From Bilabrum cf. latius (lineage: Eukaryota), in assembly GCA_965178125.1 (NCBI GenBank), contig OZ237737.1, positions 496,001 to 560,000 of the forward strand: a DNA stretch of 64,000 nt, in the 5' to 3' direction. The notes under the pieces were generated by a model that saw only the letters and a program-made list of their open reading frames with translations, did not search any database and was not told the DNA's origin. Both the position numbers and the translations under genes were made by a program. Positions 13,672 to 26,700 of the stretch are shown piece by piece. Within the stretch, counting starts at the first letter, position 1; the number at the start of each line of letters is the position of its first letter.

Positions 13672-14373
13672 ATTACTGCAGCCATACGAGTCTTCTTCTT
13701 CTTGGTCCGAATGCTTGCTGAACCGTCTGTGCATGATGCCCTTTCCCGCAGTCACAAGCTGAGCTCGCTCGAATCATAATTGACTCAGTCCGTATCAGTA
13801 CCAAGTACACAGTACACAAGAAAGCTATAATCAGTCCGATAGACACATCTGGCATGTAGTAGAGGGGAGTAAGAGGAGCAGGCACGCTCCTCCCCGTCCT
13901 CCCCTAGTGCCAGCAGATCGTGCTGCGTTCTCGGCAACGCACGGAAGAGGACTGGATCGACCTGCCGCCTCACGAGCGCTTCTTTGCGCCACACATCAAG
14001 CTGAAAGAGTGCACCCCACCCAGGCTTCAAACCACTCGTCCAACCCCCCCGCGACCCCCTTCTCCCGTCGACCCTCCAGTTGGCCAAAATGATTGGCCCG
14101 ACACAAAATTCTTGGGGAGCTAATGCGTGCACTGAAGCCTTGCAGGCGCGGTTGTCCGCAGCTCTGCATATCTTCAGCGACGCAGATCCATTGATCGTGC
14201 GCCACCCCACCTCGACCCAAACCACCACCTCACTTCCCCGCGCTCACCCACCACAGGCTCTGTGGCTACTTGCTCATAATTCAAGGGCAGGCGCGCAAGA
14301 CACGCAGCAGCCTACCCATGAGATCGAAACTCGTACGCGAGCCGAATCAGACTCTCTCCAGAGCCCCCATCAC

Positions 14374-17300
14374 TCACCGCATCTTCATCGTCAGCAGCCC
14401 AGCGATGGCTTCCGCCGTGCTGCTGGTGGCAGTAGCACCATCGCCTGCAACAGGCTGCCTTGCCGCTGCTAAAGCACCCAGGGCAAGCATCGCGTCGTGT
14501 TGGCCCCCAGATGTTGCTTGAGCTCCGAAGCCTGCAGACGCTCCAAACCCTGCAGACATTCCGGTTTGAGCCATGGCTCTTCCAAAGCCGACGGCGCCCT
14601 GCCCCCAGGATTGATACTGACCTGCGGTGGTGAACCGCGCGCCATTAAGCGCTGCAGTGCCGCACAGGTTGTCCTGACCGCCGGGTAGGATGGTGCCAGC
14701 AAGCGGGCGGTTGGCCTGCATCCCCTGGTGGCAATCCTGCCATATCGATTGCACCGGACCAGGGCCTGGGCCAACAAGGGACGATGGATGCAGTGTTCCT
14801 CCTGCTCCACCGTACTGGACTCCATGCAGACCGCGTCCAGGCAGGAAGTAGGGCTACTGGTGCTGCTGGTACTACTGGTGCTGCTGCAGCATCTGCTGCT
14901 ATTGCATGAGCTACTGTCTTCGGTATGCCAGCATGATCTCCGCGTCTTCCGCCTGCTGCTGCCTCTGAAGCATGGCTAGCTGTGTCCTCAGCCTAAGCTC
15001 TTGCTTGGCCCTCAGGCTAGCCGCCTCGAGGGCGCGCAGCCGGTGCAATTGCGCATGTGCCTGCGCCTGTACCTACGCTTGTGCATGCGCTTGTGCCTGT
15101 GCCTGCATCTATGCATGGGCTTGCGCCTGCAACGCAGCGGGCACCGACCCCATGGGCATTGACCCCATTGGCATCTAGAGCGCACCATCCGCCCAGCTGG
15201 GCCGGGTGTGCCCTCCTCGCCCAAAGGCATCGGCAGTTGCCATTCCCCCCGAACACGAGGCGGCTAGTGCGGCGAGCGGTGACGAGGAGGAAGGCCCGAG
15301 GCCGAGAGGTAGAAGAGGTCCAGCTGCATGTCGGGGCGACTCGTGCGCGGTCGCAGCAGAGGAAAAAGAGGCCAGCGCTAGCGTGCCTGAGTCGAGAGAC
15401 ACGGTTGGTGCAAGTGCCGCTGAATCCGGGAGCACGTACTGGGGCTGCTGCTCACCGTGCATCGATGCGGCCAGCACCTCCTCGGCGGCGTCCAGACGAG
15501 CACGCGCGAAATCTCGTGGCTCCTCACGGCGAGCGCGATCTGCACGACCGCCACTAGCAGCTCGGCGGCTGTCCAGGAGGATCGGATCATGCCGCGACGA
15601 TAGACGCAGGGAACCCAGCCCGAGAACTGTCGCCCGCCGCGGCTCGCCCGCGGTGAGGGAGTGGTGTGCCGCCGCGATCTCAGTGAGCTGCTGCTGCTGC
15701 TGCTGCTCCACGGGAGCACTGTCGACACCAGCCCCATGAATGCCTTTCCACCGCCCCATTGCTTTGTCGTAGTTGCGCTGGTACTCAACGTACATGTCAG
15801 ACACAGACGCCCCGGCCGGAAGGACGATCCGCACCACTGCCACGCACCCATCCGAGTGGTTGTCCAAGGCAACTGATCCAGGTTCGGCAGGGCCCCTTGC
15901 TCCCGTTTCGGCTGTTCCCTGAGATGCAGCCAGGCCGCTCAAGCCGTTGGTCATCTTCGCAGGCGACAGGGACGGCTCAGCAGCGTGTTCGTGCTTGCCG
16001 AGCGCTTTCTTTAGAGAGGCTGCCGCTGCGCGAGCGCGGCCCAGCCGCCTGTGCAGCTTGCTCGACGTCACGTACACGGGAAACTCCACGACTTCCTCCT
16101 TGTCACCGATGCTGGTGGCCAAGGCTCGCCTGCACAGGACTGCCAGCTGGAGGGCCCGCACGGTGGAGGGCGATGCAAGCCTGGGGCCGTAATGGGCATC
16201 GAGCGTGTTCTTTGCGGGCGATGATGATGATGATGCTGCTGCTGCTGCTAATGATGATGATGACGATGATGACGATGATGACGATGATGATGACGATGAC
16301 GATGATGCGGCGGCTGTGTCCTGCCCGGGTGCCTGCTTCTAATCCAGTGTTGGTGCCTGCTCTTGCGACTGCAGTCCAGCCTGCAGCTCCGTGCCGGCAC
16401 CAGCTCCCTGGTGCGGCGTCGAAAACCAAGTCTCCCACGTTGCCTCATTGCACATGATCGCGGTCTCCTCGCCGGTAGACGACCGAAGCGCGACCGTGAT
16501 GTGGCCCACCCACTCGGAGCCAGAAAGGAGGGCGCCGAGGGCGTTTTCCAGGCGAATGGCCAGCTGCTCCCCGCTGCTGGACGAATGCGCGGCGCCGCCG
16601 ACATCGGTTCCGCTGCCGTCTTCGTCGAGGCTCTGCTTGCTGCTGCTGCGGCTCCTCCTTACTGAAGATCGCTCGTGCCCTGTCCTTGTCCCTGCACTCG
16701 TGCTGGCACCATCCTGGCTGCGGTCCGAAGCCATCGCGTCGATGGCTCCACTCGTCACACTGAGGGTGCCCTCACCACCCCCGATGGTGGCGGCGTGGGT
16801 CGCACCAGCACCCGCGGTGGCGGTGCCTGGCTGGGAGCTGGCTGGAAGCGGGCTTGCCGGGGCGGGGGCTGGGGCTAGGGCTGGGGCAGGGGCGGGGCTC
16901 TTGCCGAATAGGTCGGCATGAATACCGGCACCTTCGGGTGGCTCGTATGACGAGTGATCGCCGCGCCCGGTTGCCTGTTTCTCCACGCCAGTCCTGCCGT
17001 CGGAGGCATGCTTGGCATCTAAATCCCCCCCTGCCCTCTGCTCGCTTTGCTGGGCCTCTTGCGCAAGAGGCGCCGAGGAGGAGGACGAAGACGGTGGAGC
17101 TTGTATCCCTGTCATGCCGGAACTGGCTGCCATCGAGAGCTGCTCCTCCACGACACAGGAGCACGCCGCCCCTAGGGCCCTCGCTGCGTGCATGCGGAGC
17201 GACAAGGGCAGGGGCGGCTGGCACCCATCCCGTATCTGCCCAGATCCTTGCGAAACGCTGGCAGCTGCAGCAAAAAATGCGTCTCGAATCGCCTTGACTG

Positions 17301-18634
17301 CCTGCGCCAGCTCCTGGGCGGTTCTCGCCTGCCACACGTCCGAGCCAGCGCGCCAGGAGGAAGGCTCGCCGAATGCCTCCCGATCGATTCCAGCGGGTGA
17401 CATGCACGCCTTCATGACCTGCTTGACGCTCCTCCAACTAGGAAGAGACTTGATCGTATTTGCTAGGCTTCGAAGCTTATCGAGGCTGTTGCTTGGTTGG
17501 ACATGGTCGGTCCGTTCCGAAACCGCTGGCAAAACCTGCTGGCTCTCTGCAGATGTATCAGCCAGGCCGCAACGGCCTACGCTCCTACCAATATTGGTTT
17601 TGCAAGCATTTTTATCACTGTTGCGCTGCACAGCTCCGGCTGGGTGCTGCTGCCGGGCCTCCAACGAGGCTCTCTTGCGCTTTGCTCCAATTGTCCCACC
17701 CGTGGTTTGCACCGTTCGCGCTTGCAACGTTGCGCCCGTCTGCACAATCGGGCCGACAGATTTGTTCTGCTGGGATCCACCAAGCAATAACGGTGGCTGG
17801 CCAAGGGTTGATCCAACATGCATGGTTTCAGAAGCAGGCCAGTTTGACATGGCGGAGCTTCCACTCTCCAAACCCGGGCCCGTTCTTGGCGAAGCAGTTA
17901 CAGAAGTTGTTCCAAATCCTAACCGTGGGGTCGTATAGCTGGATGGGCCGAAACTTATCGGGTCAGAGCTTGTAGTGCGTTGGTGCTGCGATGAGCAACC
18001 CGAACTGAAGCCATTGACTGGCGGCGATTGGGCACCTTGCGCACCGACGATCCCAGGCGTCTGCGTCTCAGACATCGAAAAACTGACTGGCCGGGCCGCC
18101 GAGCCCGATCCGACTATCCTGAATTTCGACGGCTGCGCTAGAACGGGCTCCGATGCATCTCTGCTCCCTCCAAACGTACCACTAGGAGGAAACTGAGACA
18201 CCGCATGCAAACTGTTCTGTGAGCCGATAGTCCCTGCCTGACCGTCCACTAGTTGCTTCTCTACCGCAGAAAGGGGGACATGAGACTTTGCTAGGGTTTT
18301 AGCAAGGGAAAGACCGGCTGCATTGCCTCTGCGCCTTCCATCTGGTAAGGTAAGGCACTCCAGACCGAGACGGGAGCATCTGGCGCACGGACGCTGCGGT
18401 CCGCACTTGCGCTGCGAAATTGAGATTGCGTAGGAAAGATGCAACTATGTGTAGCATCTCGCGGAGATGTAGCCGCTGAACGGGCGTCGCTTCGGCGGTC
18501 GCGCGGAGACAGCGGAGGGCGTCCATCGGTCCTGCACGCTGACCGCAGAATCAGTGGCGGAGTCATCTCACCTTGCATGATGCACAGTATACGCATGCTC
18601 GCTGCAGTGTTCTACCTTTTTGGCCCGAGGGCAT
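14374..18634 (-). CDS. Zn(II)2Cys6 binuclear-cluster transcription factor with poly-Ser and Gln-rich C-terminal region; intron 18412-18571; 8 in-frame TAG
   Basis: Splicing restores RACVYCASCK|RKCGPQRPCARCSRLGLEC (C-x2-C-x6-C-x5-C-x2-C-x6-C). ORFs 16339-18444, 15175-16161 and 14374-14754 are one frame linked by TAG. The 3' TGA overlaps a possible GTGAGT donor, so the end is uncertain. Confidence 0.82.
16220..16306. repeat. (GAT/GAC)n trinucleotide microsatellite encoding poly-Ser in the Zn2Cys6 gene
   Basis: gatgatgatgacgatgatgacg... seen directly; reads TCA/TCG on the minus strand. Confidence 0.85.
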
Positions 18635-19068
18635 GCTTCCCGGGCGAAATCCCGGCAAGCCAGCGCGATGCTCGCCCCAACCCAAGTGTTGCACAAATTC
18701 CGCCGGCCGGCGAAGTGTCGCGGAACCTCCGGGTCGTGCGCGGCGCCAATTCCCGAATTTCGCTGCATCACCTGCAAATTGTGGCTGCGAAACTGCAGGC
18801 TCACTCCAAATTGTTTTGAAACGCACTTATTTTGGATCTCTTATACCGCGTACTACCTCCTGTAGCTGGGGCGGTATCAGCTAGCCTTCCGAGTAGGACT
18901 ACGTGCATTACAAGCAACACAATGTGGAACTGCGAAAGTGTCTGACTCGTTCTTCTGCAGTAGTCTGGCGGACGAGCTAATCTACCGCGTTCGCGTGTGG
19001 GGTGTGCAATCACGTCACTGCCATGGATGGAATCGACCCGAGACGTACACGATGTCCTTCCCCGGCAT

Positions 19069-21991
19069 TCAGCCGCTCGCGCCCCACAGGCCATCACTGG
19101 GCGAACCACCCATTCCGCTAGCCGCCGCGTCCACCATGGCCGCAGCCACCCGCTTGCCGAACGTGGAGCCGCACGCCGCCTTGGCTCCGTCATGAGCCCC
19201 AGCAGCCCCTTCAAGCGCGGCGAGGCTCCCTGGCCCGAAGGCGCCAAGCGCCACGGCATGCCCGAGGCACACGCCCAGCACCTTGGGAGCGCGGGGGGCG
19301 TCCATGCACACGTCCCGAAGCACGCTCAGCGCCAGCACGGCACCAGCCACGGCGTTGGCGGGTTTGACCACCCCCGCGCCAGCGTCGGCGGCCCCCACGC
19401 CAGCCAGGCAGGCCAGCATCTCCGCCGCCGGCTCGGCAAGGTCAGGGCCCCTCCGGCTCTCCATGAGTTCCACCAGAGTGCACGCTACTAGCTGCTGCTC
19501 GGCGGTGTCGCGGTCGGTAAGAAAGGCACCCTCGCCCCCCGCCGCCCCGTCCGCGCCAAGGTGGTCAAAGGCGGCCTCGTGCGCGCCCTCCCTGAGCTCC
19601 TTCCTGTACCTGCCACCGGTCGCCTCCCACTCCTCAAGCATACCCCGGCACTTGCGGCGGAACGTAGGCTTGTCCGGGCCCGCGCTCGCGCCTCCAGACG
19701 CAGCCGCGGCGCCCATTGCGGAACCGCTGCCGGCCCCGCCGGCCGATGCAGACGATGGCGCCGCGGCGGCGGCCGCGGTGGCGCTGGTTCCGCTCCCAGC
19801 ACCGGAGGAGGCCCCGAACGCCGCGGGTGCCGCCCCAGCACCCCCTGCCGCGCGCGACTGCGCAGGCGGCCGACTGCTAGAGAAGGCCCCTGGAGCGGTG
19901 GAGGCTCCGCCGCCCCCACCACCACCCCGACGGTTGCCCCCGGCCCAGTCACCGGGCCGCCTGACGTCCCTCGGGGGGGGCGCGCCCGGCGCCAGGCCCG
20001 GGGCCAGCTGTGCCCTGGCCGCCTGCGCCTTCTTGGCTGCCTTCCTGAGCTGTTCCCTCTTTCTCCTCTCCTTCTTGTCTCCGCCCATCTCCCACCCGTC
20101 CTGTTCCCCGAAGCCGTTGGCCGCGGCCAGGGCCTCCCTCCGGAGCATTTCCGCCATCTTCTCGTCGCTGCCCGCGATGAGCTCGATGTGGTCCTCCAGC
20201 TGCACCTCCCTGATGCTCTTGTTCGACTGAGCCACGGCGAACATGCCGGACTTGGGCTGCCAGTCCTCGGCGCGGGCCTCGGCCAGGGCCTGCAGCATGA
20301 ACTTGACCCTCATCTCGATGCCTCCCGACCGCTTGGCGATGCGGTGGCACACCGCCATGTACCTGTCCACGAGTTCCTTGCTCGCACCGTTCGAAGCACC
20401 GTCGAGCACCTGACCAGCGGAGCGGAGGACCCTCACCACGGACTCCAGCTTCTCCGTGTTCTCCCCTACTTCCTCGTCCACCTCTGCCTCGAAGTCGCGC
20501 CTCTTGCGCCACTGGACGGCGTGAGGGGCGTCCGACTCCTCCTCCTCGGGAGCGGGGCGCGCCGCCCCTAGGAAATCGAGGCAGCCGGCGACGGCACCGC
20601 CCGCCGCCTTGGTGGCCGCGATGACCCGCACCTTGGCAGCGTCCTCCTCCTTGCCGATGGATTCCCAGCCCTGCAGCAGATTGCACAGCACGCGGTGTGC
20701 GAGCTGCACGGGGACGATGCCCACGCGGGTCAGCTGACCGACGAGGGTCGCAGCGCCGAGGCGGCGCCTGCGGCGGGTCAGCTCGGCCACCTCCCTGTCG
20801 TCGGGGTCCTCGATGGCGGCTGCGCGGCGCCGCTCCTCGGCGTGGTTCCGCAATAGCTCACCCTGCAGCACGTCCAGCAGCTGCCATCGGAAGCTCCTGC
20901 GCGGGTCGAACCATTGCGCGGCGCCCATGTTTGCGGAACCTCCATCGTCCCCCTCCTCCTTGCCGGCTGCGAAGGGCTTGGCCGCCTCCTCGGTTGACTT
21001 GGCGATGCTGGAGAGCCCTGCATCGTCAGCTACGGGCATTGTTCCCTGGGCAGGGGGCCCGCACCTGCGGAACGCCTCCGGCTCGCCCCCGAGCTGCGCA
21101 CAGGCCACGTCGTAGGTGACGTCCTTGTTGGCATCGTCCCAGGGAGCCACACCCGCGAGGGGTCCCCTGCCCTGCTGGTGCAGCCTCAGCGCCAGCCTCG
21201 AGTACATCTCGGCGAAGTTGTCTGCGTCCGAGGCCTCGCCCACGATCATGAGGGCGATGTCTCTGACGGCGGTGACGCCCAGGGCCTGCGCGCCCACAGA
21301 GGCGGTGGCAAGGACGCGGTCCGAGATGGAGGTGATGTTGTCGGCGGTGAGCTTGTTGAGAGCTCCGATGGTCCTCCGGCGGTAGTTTTCCGCGGAGAGG
21401 GGGTCCTCAGTGACGGGGGCCGCGCCCCGCCAGTCCTTCGAGGCCCCGCCTGCGCCCGAGCCAGCCAGGGCCATGCCCGCGGCGCGGCCGTCAGCGCCAG
21501 GCCGTGCAGCGGCGGGCATTTCGCCAAACGCGCCGCCAGTTCCAGTGCGAGAGGACCGGGGAATCTGCGAGACACAATCAATAAATGGGAAGCACGGTCA
21601 GGAAACGATGGGTACAGACACAGCGCGGGCGTAGGGCAGTCCCTGAGCCACTCGGTCCAGATCCGCACAAGCACTCTCTGGTGCTCGGCAACACCCTCAC
21701 GTTCAGGAACTCCGCGGATCCGAAGCGCTTCTGAAGCTGTGCTAGCTCTACGTCATGGGCCCGGGCTCGAGATGCCTCCTCAAATTCTGCACGAAGGGCT
21801 TCCATGCGGGCCGCAAGAATCTGGCCAATGGTCTGGTGCCCAATCGCCGAAGCACCGCCGGCCGCAGCGCTGCTGGCAGCTGGGCTGGCCATGGGAGCAC
21901 TAGGAGATGCATCACCAGCGCGACCGATCGCGGCCTTAAAGCTTTGTCCTGGAATGAACGGCGGCGCGTCCACATTCAGCTGAGAAGACAT
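19069..21991 (-). CDS. EIF4G: eIF4G-like protein: N-terminal PAM2 motif, MIF4G domain, probable MA3-like C-terminus; intron 21565-21700
   Basis: SQLNVDAPPFIP (PAM2); MIF4G hallmarks GALNKLTADN, FAEMYSRLA, RRRRLGAATLVGQL, MRVKFMLQALAEARAEDW; phase-0 intron GTGAGG...TCTCGCAG; ends TGA. Confidence 0.8.
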
Positions 21992-22239
21992 GTTTGTATC
22001 TTCAGTCTGGAATCTAGCGGTCAGTCAGACCCAAAATCGCACCTTCGCGCGAGTGACAAACGTATGAATACAAGATACAGACCTTGGCTGGCAGATCAAA
22101 GCGATACTGAGCTCGAGTCGCCGTGAATGGCCTTGCGGATGGCTTTCTGTCGTGCCCCGAGGGCGCCGCGCAGTTGAAACGGAACCTTTCAGAACCGGAA
22201 TAAAATTGAGACAGTGTGTGTCCGCATTCTTGCGGGCGC

Positions 22240-23634
22240 ATGGCAAGTGAAAGGTACGTTCGTCTGTCGCTGGAGGGTAACATATCTGCTGGAAAGTCAA
22301 CGTTCCTTGATGTTATTCGAAAACATTTGACGGACCGAGTTTTGGTTGCGTAGGAGCCGATAGAGTCCTGGCAGGTGTGCTCGACCGGAGATGGTGCGGA
22401 CACTTCGGGCCAAGTGGCAGGACCAGACGATGAGACGAATGTTTTGAAGTTATTCTATACAGATCCGTCCAGGTGGGGTTTCACGTTTCAGTCGTTTGCG
22501 TTCCTGAGCAGACTGAAGACGTAGCTAGAGTCTGCCAAGGTTCTCGAGCAAAGAGTGCGCAAGCTTGCGGACACTGAATCCGCAGGCACTCCAGGTTTGT
22601 ATGAAAAAGATCATAAGGAATCATCCAAACGAGTGGCTGCTCAAGATCCGAGAGGGTCTTCTGGAGGAGGTCCGAGAACAGCCGGTTGCTGTGACGGCGG
22701 CCCTGGCGTCAGCGATGGTCCTGCCGCTCCAAGAGCTCTCGTGTATGAGCGCAGCGTCCTTTCGGATAGATTCTGCTTTGCGTAGAATTGCAAAGAGACG
22801 GGACTGTTCAAAAAAGCAGAATGGGCCATCTACCTGCAGTGGTGGACGTGGCTCGTGCGCTCGTTCGATGGACTGCACCTCGACGGTATCGTGTACCTTC
22901 GGAGCTCGCCCGATACATGCCTCCGCCGGCTGAAGCGCCGTAGCCGGGAAGAGGAAAGCACTGTAGGCGCAGAGTATCTGGGCCAGCTCCACGACAGGCA
23001 CGAGAGCTGGCTGCTCCGGGGTTCGATCCCGGGAGAATTCATGCGACCCGTCCTTGTCCTCGACACGACGGCCGAGTTCGAAACCGACGCGGCGAGATCG
23101 GAGCACATTCTGGCACTGGTGGAGCGCTTCATGCAGCGGCTTGCGGCTACCAGGGTTCGCGAACGTTCGCTGAGCATGGACAGGCCCAAGGGCACGGAGG
23201 AGCCCGAGTCCAAATCAGGAAGCTTGGAATATGGAGCCGCGCTGGGCGGTCATAGATCGCCTGTACGAAAAGTCGGGGCTCCGGGTCTCGCCCCAGCATC
23301 GGCGTCGGGTGCGGGTGCGGGTGCGGGTGCGGACCGGAGCAGTACCGGGCACTCCAGCGGTTCATGTGCCACTACTTGTGCGGGTGCAGTGAAGGTGGAA
23401 GGGATTGCTCGCTCCGGTTCGCGCCGGATGGGAGGGGAAGATAGGGAGACATGGCTCACCAGGGTGGTGGGACCTGCAGAAGTTCCGCTATTGCGCGGCG
23501 ACATCGTCGGGGAGGTCCCTGCAGAGAGCACTAGTCTGGGAAGCTTGCTGGACGTGTCCGAGGGCTCTGGTGGGGGCGATAGCGGAGCGGCAGTTTCGGC
23601 GGCAAAGATAGCGGGTGTGACTGAACCTAGCTGA
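22240..23634 (+). CDS. Deoxynucleoside kinase (dCK/dGK/TK2 family); in-frame TAG at 22351, 22522, 22783
   Basis: P-loop LEGNISAGKST, EPIESW, FYTDPSRWGFTFQSFAFLSRLKT[TAG]LE, ERSVLSDRFCFA, DGIVYLRSSPDTCLRRLKRRSREEE, HESWL; ends TGA. Confidence 0.93.
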
Positions 23635-23771
23635 GTACTATGTGCTGTCTTGTATTGTTGAGCCAGTATGCGTCCCTCTGCGACGATGACCGGTGTTCTG
23701 TTTTTTCCGTGGCCCGAACTGCACGCTACCTACAGTATCGAGATCGCCAGAAGTGAAATATTTCTTGCGCC

Positions 23772-26700
23772 ATGCTGGCTGCAATTTCGCTATTGTGCGC
23801 TTGTGCATTGGCTGGAACCATTCATAAGCATCCACACGATGCACTGCGTGCGGCCGGAGTTGATTCAAAAGACTTCAAACTATTCCGACCGCGCAAGCAC
23901 GGAGACAGCATCGACAAGGCCGAGCACGATCACGACCGAATCGTGGCGGCCAAGAAGATGCACGAGCGAGCTCGTAGAATGAGGTTGGGTACTGAGTCGC
24001 CAGAGGACGACAGCGTCATGAAGCGGAAGGACAATCGCACCATTGCTCCGCCGGTGGACCGGCACGCCCTGTCACCGCCGGTCGTTGCGTCGCTGTACGA
24101 TGGCATCCACCGATCTGGTGCCAGGCGCACCATCAAAAAGCACTACACGTGAGATCGTTAAAGGCTTAAGGATTCGCTGGACTGTGGCTTCTGGTCTGTA
24201 TGCTATATGTCGGTTTCCGCCTCTCCACTTGTTGCGCAGGTGTCACGCGGTGCACCCTCGCGCGGTACTTGATCCGTTTTTCCAGGGAAATCCCGAAGGC
24301 CATCCCGGTTCTTCCGACGGAGCGGCGGGCTCGCGCACGTGCGCTGCTGCTGGGACCCTCCCGGCCTCTGAAGGGGCTGCGCCTCTCGCGGATGGCGCCG
24401 AAGCGAGCGTTGGCGCCATCCGGTCAGCTTTCCTGTTTTCGGCGCAGCGTCCCGGCGCTGGCCTGCCGATGCATCCCTTGCACAACGCCGACGTGCTGAC
24501 GATCACGCTGCCGCCCTCGGTCCACGACCACGAGCAGGGCTACGACGGCAGGGAGGAGGCGGGGGAGGAGAGGGTCGATGACGAGGGCAGGCTGACGACG
24601 CCGGACGCGGCGGACGATTTCCACCTAGCGGGATGGTTCCACGACGACCGACAGGACACGGAGGTGAGCCACCACGCCGGGGGGCTCATGCTGCCCGGCG
24701 ACGCGCAGATGGTCACCGGTGGGCACGGCAGCGTGAGAGAGCTCAGGGCACAGCGGGCAGACCCTGATACGTCAGGGAACAACGGGCACCGCGCGGACGA
24801 CGACGCTCACTTCGGCGCGAGAGGGCTCATGCTGGCCATCGCTGTGCCCGACCCCCCGGAGTCCATGTACTCTCCCCACGTGGCCGAGCTGGAGGCCAAG
24901 GAAGCCCCGCATCGGATCAAGAGGAGGGCGAGAGAGCTCATCGAGGAGAAGGAGATGTTCCCGGAGGATGCCTGGAGGCAGGCGAGGGCTGAAGAAGAGG
25001 CGCATCTCAGGCGGGTGGCACCAGCGGCCCACGGCATGACGAGGCTGAGGGTCAAGCACGGCCACAGCGGGCGCGGAGCTGGGGGCGCGTAGGGGCGTGA
25101 GCTGCCTGTGGACAGGCGCTTCCTCGTACCAAAGGCTACGGAGGAGGAACTTTCTGCCCGCCGGCATTCTCCCATGTTCGATGAAGCCGAGTTCAAGCGA
25201 CTCATTGCCGCGGGTTTGCCCACCGGGTCAGCTGAGAAGGTGAGGGAAGAGGAGCACCACGTCAGCCACCTCACCGAGGAGGTCCCTGAACTGGACGAGG
25301 CCACGCGGCGCCAAATGCGGGACCAAATGCGGGAGCTCACGGGCGAGGGCGACGAGGACGAGGAGCCAGAAGCGTTCGCAGGGGATGACATGGCCGAGCT
25401 CTGGGAGGAGGGGCTGGAGGGTGGCGGTGCTGGCGCGCCCGTCCTGCAGCAGCTGCGGTACAGGGATGTGCCGGTGATTCCCGCGCTGAGCAGGCACGGG
25501 CATCGCCACGGGAACCACTCCATCGAGTCGCACGTGAACGACCTCCATAGCCCCCGTTTCATCGCGGGCGTGCGCGGTCACCATGGCGGCGGCCACGCTT
25601 CGATGGACCACGCACCAGTGGAGGGCGAGCAGTACAACCCGCTGGGCAGGGGCAAGGTCGCAGGCTCGTTCCATTCCCACAACGCAGGTCTTCAGGGGCA
25701 GCCGCATCCCCACATCGACACGGCGCATGTGCCCGAGCACGGTGCCCACCACCACGTCGGGCAGTCCAAGCGCTTTGCATCGGCGCTCGGCGTGCGGCCG
25801 CACCATGAGGACCCCCAGGAGTACGTCGACGATGAGGAGTGGCACGTGGAGGTGGCCAAGCGGTCGGATGGACCCCTCACCACTGCCGGCTCCGCCTTCC
25901 TGCACCTGTACGCCGGGTCGCTCGGCAGGGTGACCGGGCCGCTCGCCACCCGCCTCCCGACGTACCTCGTTGTGGTCGAGGTGGAGCCTCATTCGTCCCT
26001 TCGGCTGCCTATACCCACGGCTTTCGACGACGTGATGCTGGTGGTCATTGGCGGCTCGGGCCGCGTGGGTGGTGGCGATCCGCACAAGATGGACGAAGCC
26101 GACGCGCTTGAGCGACACGAGATGGATCACCACGTCGACGGGCCCAGCTTCACGCGCGAAATGCGGGAGCGCAAGCGCAAGGCGCAGCAGGCCAGCAAGA
26201 GCAGCCGCACGCAGCACAGGCCTCGCGACCCGGACGTGCACGGTGACAGTCCCAGGGAGGACGGCGATGAGCACCCCCACGCGGCCGGAGAACATGTTCA
26301 CGACATGCACGAGGCACATTTTCACGCAAAGAGGGAGGAGCTCAAGAACAAGAAGCACCATGCCTCTCATCTGGGAAGCGTGGCGGTGCATGACGGAGAT
26401 GTGGTCGTGCTGGACCCGTCCGATCGGAGAGACATCGCAGACAGGGACAGGGTGAGGCTGCACCACCCCGGCCGCAACGACTCGTGGCCCCCACACGCGC
26501 CCCCGCTGCGGCATTGGGACACGACCCACTTCCACAACGTGGACGATCTTTGGCTGGTGACTGGAGGCAGGCGCCTCGTGGTCGCGGTGGCGGCCGTGGA
26601 ACCGACCCAGATGGCTGACGCGTCGCCCCTGGACGACGAAGCGCGCCGCTGGAAGGCTCTCGTGGCCCCTGCACCCTACGCCGGCGTCAGCACCGAGGCA

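Noticed and set aside
13690-14373. Separate gene or extra terminal exon of the Zn2Cys6 gene
   Set aside because: A GTGAGT donor overlaps the TGA at 14374, but I could not identify a convincing acceptor and exon. The short ORFs here lack recognisable features.
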